Origin: an uncultured Clostridia bacterium
Lineage (GTDB): Bacteria > Bacillota > Clostridia > Saccharofermentanales > Saccharofermentanaceae
Reading direction: 5' to 3'
Length of the DNA stretch: 64,000 nt
Assembly (NCBI GenBank): GCA_947304405.1
Contig: CAMZBB010000003.1
Span: 836-64,835, forward strand
Shown: positions 9,009 to 17,660 of the stretch, piece after piece
How positions within the stretch are numbered: the stretch's first letter is position 1
Layout: the number at the start of each line of letters is the position of its first letter
The notes under the pieces: model-generated
Database searches by the model: none
What the model saw: the letters and a program-made list of their open reading frames with translations, nothing else
Told to the model about the DNA's origin: nothing
Position numbers and translations under genes: made by a program

Positions 9009-10262
9009 TTATAACTCGTCAAATACTTTAGCGTCAATCTTCTGCTGAAGCCTTAAGTAATAGCCTGCGATCATTGAAGAAAGCATAGTTGTAAGTATCA
9101 GTACCGTAAAGAATTCCAGGCTGATGATGTTATACGAATAAGCGACGGTTGCGAGAACGATGCCCGGTCCGCCTCTTGCATTCATAGTTATGGCGAAGTT
9201 TAGCTTTGTGCTCATCTTCAGTCCTGAGAACAAAAGCAGTACCCATGTGCCAATGAATTCGAGTCCGAATGCGATCGCAAAGAACAACAGGAATCTTAAA
9301 GGCGAAAAATCATGCACGACATTGAGCTGGATCCCGACAAGGGCAAAGTAGATCGGGATGAAGAACGAGAATGCAATGTTCTCAAGTGACTTCATACGCG
9401 TCTTTACAACTTCCTCAGTTCCGAAGACAGCCTTGATCAGATATCCCACGACAAAAGCCGAATACATGATGTTGATACCGAGCATGTAAAGAAGTCCGCA
9501 CGTGAGAAGAAGAGCTGAGAAACTCAAAGAATAAAAGGTCACGGGCTTCCACTGGTTCTTTATCTGTTTGATGAATTTCGAAATCAGATATATTGCGATG
9601 AAGATGCCTATGGTTACTGCAACGATGATTATCATCTCAACCAGCTTGATCTCGCCTGATTGTGCGATCTTTGTTGCAACGTTTAGGAGTATCCAAAGGA
9701 CCAGATCCTGAAATGTCGATACTGTAAGTACCGTGTTCGAAAAAGCCGTGTTCATTATCCCCATATCAAAGAAGATCTTTGAGATAACGGGAATCGAAGT
9801 GATGGCAACACCGATCGCGAAAACAAGACAGTAAGCAAATTCGTTGTTGATGCTTCCGATGAAGTGTTCCCTGAATACGCCGAAAAAGGGAATGCTTCCG
9901 GCCATCGGAAGGACCGTGGCACCGATGAATACGAGACTTATGGTCTTTGCATTCGATTTATCGACTTTGATGTCCGTGTTGTAACCCGACAGGAACATCA
10001 GGAAGATAAGGCCAAGTTGATAGAAGATATTCAGAACTTTTCCTTCTTCGGGGTAGGCAAAGAATATCTGCTGAGACAAAGCAGGGAGGATCAGGAACAG
10101 GCAGCTTCCGCCAAGTATCATGCCGCCCAATATCTCACCAACGACACGCGGCCCCTTGATCTTCTCAATGAGCGTGCCGAACACGAACGCAAAGAAAAGA
10201 AGCAGTGCCAGTGCTATCAGGGTTATGATTATCTCTTTTTCGGAAAGGGTCGCGAGTCTCAT
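9009..10262 (-). CDS. cation:proton antiporter (CPA2 / Na+-H+ exchanger family)
   Basis: 417 aa with about 12 hydrophobic spans. The N-terminal VVGEILGGMILGGS motif is typical of the Kef/CPA2 family. Confidence 0.75.
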   Translation of the reverse strand: MRLATLSEKEIIITLIALALLLFFAFVFGTLIEKIKGPRVVGEILGGMILGGSCLFLILPALSQQIFFAYPEEGKVLNIFYQLGLIFLMFLSGYNTDIKVDKSNAKTISLVFIGATVLPMAGSIPFFGVFREHFIGSINNEFAYCLVFAIGVAITSIPVISKIFFDMGIMNTAFSNTVLTVSTFQDLVLWILLNVATKIAQSGEIKLVEMIIIVAVTIGIFIAIYLISKFIKQIKNQWKPVTFYSLSFSALLLTCGLLYMLGINIMYSAFVVGYLIKAVFGTEEVVKTRMKSLENIAFSFFIPIYFALVGIQLNVVHDFSPLRFLLFFAIAFGLEFIGTWVLLLFSGLKMSTKLNFAITMNARGGPGIVLATVAYSYNIISLEFFTVLILTTMLSSMIAGYYLRLQQKIDAKVFDEL

Positions 10263-10263
10263 G

Positions 10264-11319
10264 TCAATGCAGTATTGCTTTCAACTTTTCATCGCTTGTG
10301 AGAAGAGCTTTTGCCAGTTCTCTGTACTTTTCCTCGTGAAGATACGTGTGACGGTGAGGCTTCATAGAAGGCGCCAGGTCAATGGCCTTTGCGTAATCGT
10401 CTGTCTTCAGGTCAAGCGTTGCACAGTAATCCCAGAAACCGGTCTTGGTGAATATCGTATCGACTCTCTGCCAGCGGTGATCTAATATCTTGCACATGAT
10501 GTAAGTCGCGATACCAACCTGCACACCGTGAAGCTGGGGTCTTTCGAGGAAAGAATCAAGTGCGTGCGAGATGAGGTGTTCGCTGCCGCTCGTAGGAGCA
10601 GAATTGCCTGCTATCTCATTGGCGACTCCGCTCATCGCAAGCGAGTCCAGGAGTTCTTTAAGGAAGAGGTTTTCATCAATTGATGCAAAAGGTGTCCTGA
10701 CAAATGAATTGACTGCCTTCTTGGCGATCATGAAAGCGAAATCATTTACTTCTCCGTAGCCTAAGTCTTCCTCGTGCTGCCAGTCGTATGTCGACTGGAT
10801 CTTAGCGACCATGTCGCCGACACCGGAGTGAAGGAATCTGACAGGTGCGCTCTTGATGACGTCGGTATCAACAAGGATGCCGTAAGCCATTTTCGCGGGA
10901 AGCGATTTCCTGTGGCCGTCAACGATCAGTGATGCCGTGGAACTTGAGAACCCGTCCGAAGAAGAACTCGTAGGCACGCTGATAAATGGTATGCGCAGGA
11001 TATAGCCGATATATTTAGCCGCATCTATGACTTTTCCGCCGCCCATGCCGATTATGGCTTGTGTCTTATTTGGAAGTTCGAAAGCGAGGTTCGTGATGTC
11101 CTTGAAATCCACTGTGTCCATCTCCTGGCTGTGAAGGACTTTAACGCCGGCCTCGTCAAATGACTTGAATACGGTATCTCCGAACATCGCGATAAGACCG
11201 TTACCGAAAAGGATAACTACCTGCGTGAAGTCTTCGGCCTTGAGATAATCGCCGATGTGCGCGGTAACTCCTGCTTCGATCTTGAGTATAGGGGGGATCG
11301 AGATCTCGTCTTTAGGCAT
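10264..11319 (-). CDS. iron-containing alcohol dehydrogenase superfamily protein, sn-glycerol-1-phosphate dehydrogenase (AraM/EgsA)-like
   Basis: GMGGGKVIDAAKY nucleotide-binding motif and VPTSSSSDGFSSSTAS, resembling the PTxxSHDGIAS motif of G1P dehydrogenases. 351 aa. GAGAGGAA RBS. Confidence 0.6.
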   Translation of the reverse strand: MPKDEISIPPILKIEAGVTAHIGDYLKAEDFTQVVILFGNGLIAMFGDTVFKSFDEAGVKVLHSQEMDTVDFKDITNLAFELPNKTQAIIGMGGGKVIDAAKYIGYILRIPFISVPTSSSSDGFSSSTASLIVDGHRKSLPAKMAYGILVDTDVIKSAPVRFLHSGVGDMVAKIQSTYDWQHEEDLGYGEVNDFAFMIAKKAVNSFVRTPFASIDENLFLKELLDSLAMSGVANEIAGNSAPTSGSEHLISHALDSFLERPQLHGVQVGIATYIMCKILDHRWQRVDTIFTKTGFWDYCATLDLKTDDYAKAIDLAPSMKPHRHTYLHEEKYRELAKALLTSDEKLKAILH

Positions 11320-11340
11320 AATGAGTTCCTCTCTTTCTTG

Positions 11341-11997
11341 TTATCCGATAACTTCGGGGACGACCTTTGTAAGTTCGTCAAAACTGTTGATATAAGGGAC
11401 TTCGGCGTCGATCGTTCCGAATCCGTATCTTGCGTGGATGAAAGGGAAACCTGCTTTTACGGTCGAGTTGTAATCGCTTTGAATATCACCGACATAGCAG
11501 GCGGCGGAAAGGCCGTTGCGCTCTGCTATCAGCTTTATGTTCTCATCCTTTTGCAGGAAGTTGTTGCCGTAGCATTCGATGTCTTCTACGAGATCTTCAG
11601 GCTTGCCGTAAGCTATGTTATAAAACTCAAGGAAAGACTCGATGTAACCTGCCTGGCAGTTGCTGACGATATAGATGTGATAACCCATTTCTTTGAGCTT
11701 TGCCCATGTCTCGCAGATACCGTCGTAAAGGATGCCGCCGTGACCCCTTAAATATTCGTTTTCGTAATTCTCGCAGGAGAAACGCAGCGCATCGCGCGCC
11801 TCGCCTTTTTCGGCATAGTAGAAAAGGTTATCTGCGATCTCGTCCATGGGCTTTCCCATGTTGCGCTGGATATCTTCGCGGGTTACCGTTTTATCCGTGT
11901 ATCCTGCCTCATGGACCTTAACCGTCCACGCCTTGGCAACATTCTCGGAAGAATCCCAGACTGTGCCGTCCATATCGAAGATTATGCCTTTTTTCAT
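11341..11997 (-). CDS. HAD-family hydrolase (phosphatase)
   Basis: Motif I IIFDMDGTVWDS. Length of 218 aa and a cap region typical of HAD-IA. GGGAGG RBS. Confidence 0.8.
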   Translation of the reverse strand: MKKGIIFDMDGTVWDSSENVAKAWTVKVHEAGYTDKTVTREDIQRNMGKPMDEIADNLFYYAEKGEARDALRFSCENYENEYLRGHGGILYDGICETWAKLKEMGYHIYIVSNCQAGYIESFLEFYNIAYGKPEDLVEDIECYGNNFLQKDENIKLIAERNGLSAACYVGDIQSDYNSTVKAGFPFIHARYGFGTIDAEVPYINSFDELTKVVPEVIG

Positions 11998-12101
11998 GTG
12001 TTGAGCCTCCCGTACTGCTTCCTAATATATCACATAAAGAAAGTCATTATTTTAGGAGCTTTACTGTATAATTAAGGCAAGTTTTCTTCATAGGGGTTTA
12101 A

Positions 12102-13508
12102 ATGCTTGGATTTATAAGGGAATTTCAGACCGATTTCATGCTCTTTTTCCAGGGCATCTGTCTCATCATCGCTTTTTTGACACTGTTTACCAAAAGCCTT
12201 TCCCCAAGGAGAAGAAACGCGATCATACTGCTTGAAGTGTATGCGGCGGTATATCTGGCCTCAAGCCGTTTCTACTATCTGTATAAGGACTATACCGACA
12301 CGAATTTCTGGCCGCTTGTCAGGACCGCAAAGTTCCTGGATTACTTTTTCTGCCTCGCGATACTTCTTTGCTTCAACCTTTATCTCAAGGACCTCTTTAA
12401 GAATGAAGCGGGCCTTAAGAAAAACCCGAAACTGATATACGTCGGAGACGCCATCCTGGTTGCAGGCATCGTGATGCTCATAGTATCAGGCTCAAAGGGC
12501 TTCTATTACTACTGGGATGCCAACAATGTCTATACCCACGGTCCGGGGTTCTTCGTCCAGTATTTCTTCGCGGTTCCGCCTATGCTCATCGCAATGATCT
12601 GCGTATTGCGTCACTACAGGAAGTTCCCGCGTTCCATCAGGATACCAATAATGCTGTTTTTGCTGATCCCGGTCATAATGGCCGTGCTGCAGCTTGTAAC
12701 CAAGGGCATCGCTTTCGCAGTTCTCTCTACCGCCGGCATGGACATTGTATTGTATGTCTTTACGATCCTCGACATGAACAAGAAGGTCGAAAGAGCGCAC
12801 AGGCTCGAGATCGAGATGATGGCCAAGTACCAGAAAGAACTTGAGGAGACTGTTGCGTTAAGGACGGCGGAGCTCCGCGATGCCAACGAAAAGGTCGAGC
12901 ATCTGCTCTTGAACATCCTGCCTGAGAACGTCGCACGTGAGCTTACCGAAGACCCCGATAAGACCATTTCTCAGCGCTATCCCAATGCGACCGTTCTCTT
13001 TACCGATGTCGTTGATTTCACAAAGATAAGCGATTCCATGAGCGCCGAAGAGACGGTAAAGATGCTGAATAACCTGATGACTCTGTTCGATGAACGTTCG
13101 AGGAAAGAAGGCATCGAGAAGATCAAGACCATAGGCGATGCCTACATGGCTGCGACCGGTCTGACTGAAGACATGGACAATGACGGAGCTGAGAAGATGA
13201 TCATGTTCGCCAAGGGTCTTCTTAGTGATATCGAAGAATTCAACAAGACCTCATCAGTTAAGCTTAAGATTCGCATAGGCATCAATTCGGGCGAACTGGT
13301 TGCGGGCGTCATAGGAAAGACGAAGTTCATTTACGACATATGGGGCGATACCGTTAATGTTGCAAGCCGTATGGAGAGCAGTGGAACGGCAATGAAGATC
13401 CATGTTTCCGAAGCGACTTATGAACAGACGAAAGACCTTTTCGAGTATTCAGACAAAGCGAAGATGGATATCAAGGGAAAAGGCAGCATGATCACCTATT
13501 ATCTCTGA
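12102..13508 (+). CDS. membrane-bound class III adenylate/guanylate cyclase
   Basis: Six hydrophobic spans and a coiled-coil linker, then ATVLFTDVVDFTKIS...IGDAYMAATGL...IGINSGELVAGVIG...YDIWGDTVNVASRMES. Confidence 0.88.
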   Translation: MLGFIREFQTDFMLFFQGICLIIAFLTLFTKSLSPRRRNAIILLEVYAAVYLASSRFYYLYKDYTDTNFWPLVRTAKFLDYFFCLAILLCFNLYLKDLFKNEAGLKKNPKLIYVGDAILVAGIVMLIVSGSKGFYYYWDANNVYTHGPGFFVQYFFAVPPMLIAMICVLRHYRKFPRSIRIPIMLFLLIPVIMAVLQLVTKGIAFAVLSTAGMDIVLYVFTILDMNKKVERAHRLEIEMMAKYQKELEETVALRTAELRDANEKVEHLLLNILPENVARELTEDPDKTISQRYPNATVLFTDVVDFTKISDSMSAEETVKMLNNLMTLFDERSRKEGIEKIKTIGDAYMAATGLTEDMDNDGAEKMIMFAKGLLSDIEEFNKTSSVKLKIRIGINSGELVAGVIGKTKFIYDIWGDTVNVASRMESSGTAMKIHVSEATYEQTKDLFEYSDKAKMDIKGKGSMITYYL

Positions 13509-14438
13509 TCACTCGAGCAAGTATTCCGTTACTTGATCTATTACCGCCATATTCTGTTCGGTGTAGGGCACGAATATAATGCCGGTATGCCCGTCTCTGC
13601 CATAGAGGAGAAGGCGGTGTTCTGTCCCTTGGGATTCCAGCACCTTGTCGAAATGGAAAGTCATCTTGCGCAGAACGTCCTTGGGATTCGTGATCAGGAT
13701 GGTCTTTGGGAGCTTAGCAAGGCTTGCGTTCCTTTCAAATGCCAGGTAACCGTATCTCTTATCGTTTTTATAGCCTTTGGGAAAACACATCTTTCTCATG
13801 CCCCAATAAGCAATGCTGCTCTTATAAAAATGCAACAGGCCGCAATCTGTGAGAACACCCTTGTAGCTGTAATCTCTGTCCTTTATGCCGTAATCCCTGC
13901 GCATATCCGGGTCTACGCACAACAGGGCCTCGCTGACCGCAAGTACTCCGCCTGATGAGTGCCCCGCGATAAAGAGCCGTTCTATGTCCGCTTCATAGTC
14001 GCCTGAGTTGTCCAAAACGTATCTTACGCCTTTATCGATGTCTTCTATCTGGTCGAAAACGGTCCATTCGGGATAAGCAAGCCTGACGTTCAGCTCAAAG
14101 ACCACAAAGCCCGCCTGAGCCATGTAGTAGCCGAACATTCGGTTCATCGCTTTGTCCTCTGATACGAAGCCGCCGCCGTGTATATCTATGAGTATGGGCT
14201 TTTTTGTGCCGTCCTTACGGAAAAACACATCCATTTTGTGCCCGGACAGGCCGTCTCCCGCATAATCCGTGTCTGAGATCTCGGTGATATTACCGGGCAG
14301 CCGGGAAGGATCGAGCTTGGCAACGTCGACCTTAAGAGCTTTTTCGCCGATCTTCTTGACTATCCGGTTGATCATGATCAGATTATACAACAAGAATGTC
14401 TGAGCAGGGCGGTGTAACATTGTTACAAAAGCGCTCAA
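13509..14438 (-). CDS. alpha/beta hydrolase (esterase/lipase-like)
   Basis: HGGGF oxyanion motif and GHSSGG nucleophile elbow. The start codon is uncertain (TTG 14438, ATG 14420 or ATG 14375; none has a clear RBS). Confidence 0.7.
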   Translation of the reverse strand: MSAFVTMLHRPAQTFLLYNLIMINRIVKKIGEKALKVDVAKLDPSRLPGNITEISDTDYAGDGLSGHKMDVFFRKDGTKKPILIDIHGGGFVSEDKAMNRMFGYYMAQAGFVVFELNVRLAYPEWTVFDQIEDIDKGVRYVLDNSGDYEADIERLFIAGHSSGGVLAVSEALLCVDPDMRRDYGIKDRDYSYKGVLTDCGLLHFYKSSIAYWGMRKMCFPKGYKNDKRYGYLAFERNASLAKLPKTILITNPKDVLRKMTFHFDKVLESQGTEHRLLLYGRDGHTGIIFVPYTEQNMAVIDQVTEYLLE

Positions 14439-14509
14439 AACCGCATAAATCCAATGTTTGTGGCTTTAAGCGTTCATAAAAGAGTTACAGTCTGAACACA
14501 GATGGTTTT

Positions 14510-14538
14510 TTGACTTTGAAATTCAATACGCATATTAT
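14510..14538 (+). promoter_or_regulatory. putative sigma-70-type promoter for the AMP-ligase gene
   Basis: TTGACT (14510-14515), 17-nt spacer, TATTAT (14533-14538), about 45 nt upstream of the ATG at 14583. Confidence 0.45.
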
Positions 14539-14582
14539 AATTTATAAGAAAAGTGTAAGGAACACAAGTTTCAAGGCCGGAA

Positions 14583-16316
14583 ATGAAAGAATTCAACGAA
14601 GAGAAAGTATTACAAGACATTGATTGTAATCTGTATGATTTCATAACTTCCCATACTCCATATAAGGACACGGACGAAGTCTTTTCTTACGCCGGTATCT
14701 CATACGATTACAAGCGTTTCCGTGACCTTGTCAGCAAACTCATCAGGATCCTGACGTCTGTTCCTTATCTGAAGACAGGGGATAAGGTCGTTATCGCCCT
14801 AGTTAACTGTCCTGAAGCTATAGCGCTGGTCTATGCCTGCAATTACGTATCCCTGACTCCCGTTATGGTCGATGTCAGGTTCTCACCCATGGAATATCAG
14901 AGAATCATTGCCGAGGCTGATGCCAAACTGGCTTTCCTTGCCGATATCTGCTCGAGAGATCTGAAATTGATATGCAGCGCTCCCTGTCTCAAGGATCTAT
15001 ACATAGTTTCTCCGATCCAGAGCGCAAATTTCCTCAAGCGCTTCTTCTGGGGGATCGCATGTCTGATAATGGGCTTCAACTATCTGTTCTCATCCATCGG
15101 TCAGTCTAAGGTTTCTTTTTGGAAGAAGTTCCTCTCAAAAGACCCCGGCGGGGAAGTCAGTCAAGGATTTACAAAGGGCGATGCCGGGACTCCGATCATA
15201 TTTGCCACGAGCGGCTCTACCGGTCAGCGCAAATTCGTCATTCAGACGCCCAGGGCGCTGAATCTGAACATATGCTACAACGAATACTATTTCGACATGA
15301 ATGACCCGGAGATCAGGACGGAGATCACTTTCCTGCCTATCTTTGCATGTGCGGGATTTGCGAGCAGCATCCACTTCCCGCTGTTCTACGGCAAGAAGAT
15401 CTACATCCATCAGATCTATGATTTCCGCAAGATAGACAAGGCAATGCTCATGTTCAGACCAAATATAATCATCGGATCTGTGGGCATGTGGGAGCATTTC
15501 CTTCATTCCGAGCACATAAACGGCACGGATCTGTCGTTTTTGCGCCTTTGTGTATTCAGCGGTGAGAAATGCGAGCCTGAGCGCATCGAGAACATGAACC
15601 GGATATTATCTGAACACGGATGCAAGACCAAACTCATGCAGGCATATGGAATGACCGAGCTGACAGTCGTTGCCATGCATTCGCCTGAATTCTATGATCC
15701 CGCTTCCGCCGGCAAGCCTTTCCCGATGGTAGACGTTCGCATCGTCAAGGAGGGAACACATGAAGAACTGCCGCAAGGTGAAGCGGGTGAAATCTGTGTT
15801 CATTCACTTGGAATGATGAAGGGCTATTGGCTTAATGATGAGGCCACGACAAAGATGATGCAGGTGCATTCAAACGGGAAGTCTTATATCCATACCGGCG
15901 ATATTGGGTACATCGACGATAAAGGATGTCTTTACATCAACGGCCGCATCAAGAACATGCATGTTTCCATCAGCGGAACAAAGATATTCACGCCTGCCAT
16001 CGATGAGGAGATCTTGAAGATGGACGGCGTCATAAGGTGTGCAAGCGTTGTCTGCAAAGTCCCTCAGAGAAATGACATTTCCGGAATTCTTCTTTTCGTT
16101 GAGCTCGAAAAGGGTTCGCCTCTGAATAAACACACTGACAAGAAGATCAAAGCACATTGTTACGATAATCTGCCGATGTTTTTGCGTCCTGACAAAGTGA
16201 TCGTATTAAGCAAGTTTCCTCTCACGTCGACCGGAAAGACCGACTATCAGGAACTGCAGAGACAGGCTGATTCCTATATGCTCAGACACAAGGCAACTGT
16301 AATCAACGTAAAATAA
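14583..16316 (+). CDS. AMP-dependent synthetase/ligase (acyl-CoA synthetase-like)
   Basis: AMP-binding signature FATSGSTGQRKFV and GDIGYIDDKGCLYINGRIKN. 577 aa. Confidence 0.82.
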   Translation: MKEFNEEKVLQDIDCNLYDFITSHTPYKDTDEVFSYAGISYDYKRFRDLVSKLIRILTSVPYLKTGDKVVIALVNCPEAIALVYACNYVSLTPVMVDVRFSPMEYQRIIAEADAKLAFLADICSRDLKLICSAPCLKDLYIVSPIQSANFLKRFFWGIACLIMGFNYLFSSIGQSKVSFWKKFLSKDPGGEVSQGFTKGDAGTPIIFATSGSTGQRKFVIQTPRALNLNICYNEYYFDMNDPEIRTEITFLPIFACAGFASSIHFPLFYGKKIYIHQIYDFRKIDKAMLMFRPNIIIGSVGMWEHFLHSEHINGTDLSFLRLCVFSGEKCEPERIENMNRILSEHGCKTKLMQAYGMTELTVVAMHSPEFYDPASAGKPFPMVDVRIVKEGTHEELPQGEAGEICVHSLGMMKGYWLNDEATTKMMQVHSNGKSYIHTGDIGYIDDKGCLYINGRIKNMHVSISGTKIFTPAIDEEILKMDGVIRCASVVCKVPQRNDISGILLFVELEKGSPLNKHTDKKIKAHCYDNLPMFLRPDKVIVLSKFPLTSTGKTDYQELQRQADSYMLRHKATVINVK

Positions 16317-16464
16317 GCATGTCCGGAAAAGTGCGGAATTGTGGCAATTTTGAGATATAACAGGATTGTCACATAAAAATCCTAAATCTATTATATAATT
16401 ATGGCGCAAGGGAAAGAATAAGCATTATTCTGCAAAGCATTAAAGGCTTTTTGGAGGAGAAAAG

Positions 16465-17343
16465 ATGGGAAAATTCAAGACGGTAATAAGCTTTACGCTG
16501 GTAATGGCTATGCTTGCCGGTGTCGCTGGTTGTAACCAGAAAGTGGATTTCAATTCCACTACGGCAACTATAACGACTACGACAACAACTACCGAGGAAA
16601 CGTCTGAGACGAAGCCTTCCGAGACTGAGACATCTGAAACTGAGACAGAGACATCCGAGACATCATCTGAGACTTCCGAGACAAAGGAATCTTCAGAAAC
16701 ATCAGAGAGCAAAGAGACCTCGGCAACCAGTGAGAGCACCTCCGAGTCCTCGGATGAGACCACAAAGGCTGATTCCGGTCTGAACACTGTTTCTGTTTAC
16801 AACGCATACAAGAGATCTTTCAAGGTCGGCAAGAAGTCAGTTACGACCCGTTACCCCAAGATCATGATCAAGGGCGTCAACACAAACAAGGTCAACAAAG
16901 AGATCGCTGACAAGTTTAAGCCCATCGCAAAGAAGAATAAGAGCAGAGTAACTTACAGCTACTATGTCCGTAAGTATCTCATCTCCGTATTGGTAACGGT
17001 TGAGCTCGAGGCAGGCAACAGCGAGTTTAAGAACTTCTACGTTTACAATGTCTCCAGGATCAACGGCAAGAAGCTGACACGTGAACAGGTTCTCAAGTCA
17101 CTCGGACTCAAGAGCAGCACATTTAACTCAAAGGTAAAGGCCGGCATCCAGAAGATGTGGAAGACAGATTACAAGAAGGATACTAGCGCGGCCAAGAAGA
17201 AGATGGAAGCAAATTCCCTCAAGACATCCAAGCTCAACACTGCAATGCCTTTCATGAACGCTAACGGCAAGATTTCCTATCTTGTACGTCAGATCGAGGT
17301 TCCGGGCCAGATGTCGCATATCGACCTCAAGGGAACAATCTGA
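16465..17343 (+). CDS. lipoprotein with Thr/Ser/Glu-rich linker, function unknown
   Basis: Signal peptide with lipobox LAGVAGC, followed by about 90 aa of T/S/E low complexity (ETSETKPSETETSETETETSE...). GGAGGAG RBS. Confidence 0.7.
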   Translation: MGKFKTVISFTLVMAMLAGVAGCNQKVDFNSTTATITTTTTTTEETSETKPSETETSETETETSETSSETSETKESSETSESKETSATSESTSESSDETTKADSGLNTVSVYNAYKRSFKVGKKSVTTRYPKIMIKGVNTNKVNKEIADKFKPIAKKNKSRVTYSYYVRKYLISVLVTVELEAGNSEFKNFYVYNVSRINGKKLTREQVLKSLGLKSSTFNSKVKAGIQKMWKTDYKKDTSAAKKKMEANSLKTSKLNTAMPFMNANGKISYLVRQIEVPGQMSHIDLKGTI

Positions 17344-17364
17344 TAGATCTGAAACTTAATGAGC

Positions 17365-17660
17365 TGTCCCGCTAGTAAATTTGTTTACTTGCGGGACAAT
17401 TCTTTTTAAACTATCGCATGTACATACGAAAATGGAAAAACAGTCGTTTTTGTATGTACATTTCCGTAAAAAAACATCTTAAATTCTAGTTGCGTACATG
17501 CGATTTTGAAGAATAATGCGTTTTCGTATGTACATATCTGTTGGAATTACGAAAAAACAGTCCAAACGTACATACGAAAGCATAAATAATCGGGTTTTCG
17601 TATGTACACTCCTACAAATGAGCAACTTGGCCTTGGCATCGTCACTTTTGTAACACTACC
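17365..17660 (+). repeat. hairpin-array element B (terminator hairpin, 3 x 74-bp hairpin units, terminal motif); inverted copy of element A
   Basis: TGTCCCGC...GCGGGACA at 17365-17398, followed by ATTCTTTTT. Hairpin units at 17420-17459, 17494-17533 and 17568-17608 (period 74 bp). Terminal motif GGCATCGTCACTTTTGTAACACTACC at 17635-17660. Confidence 0.9.

Noticed and set aside
4003-17660. Inverted-repeat-bracketed 13-kb segment considered as a composite transposon or genomic island
   Set aside because: There is no transposase, integrase or recombinase inside or next to it, and I could see no flanking direct target duplication. The same repeat type also occurs singly elsewhere (elements C and D). 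It is kept only as a potential homologous-inversion substrate.
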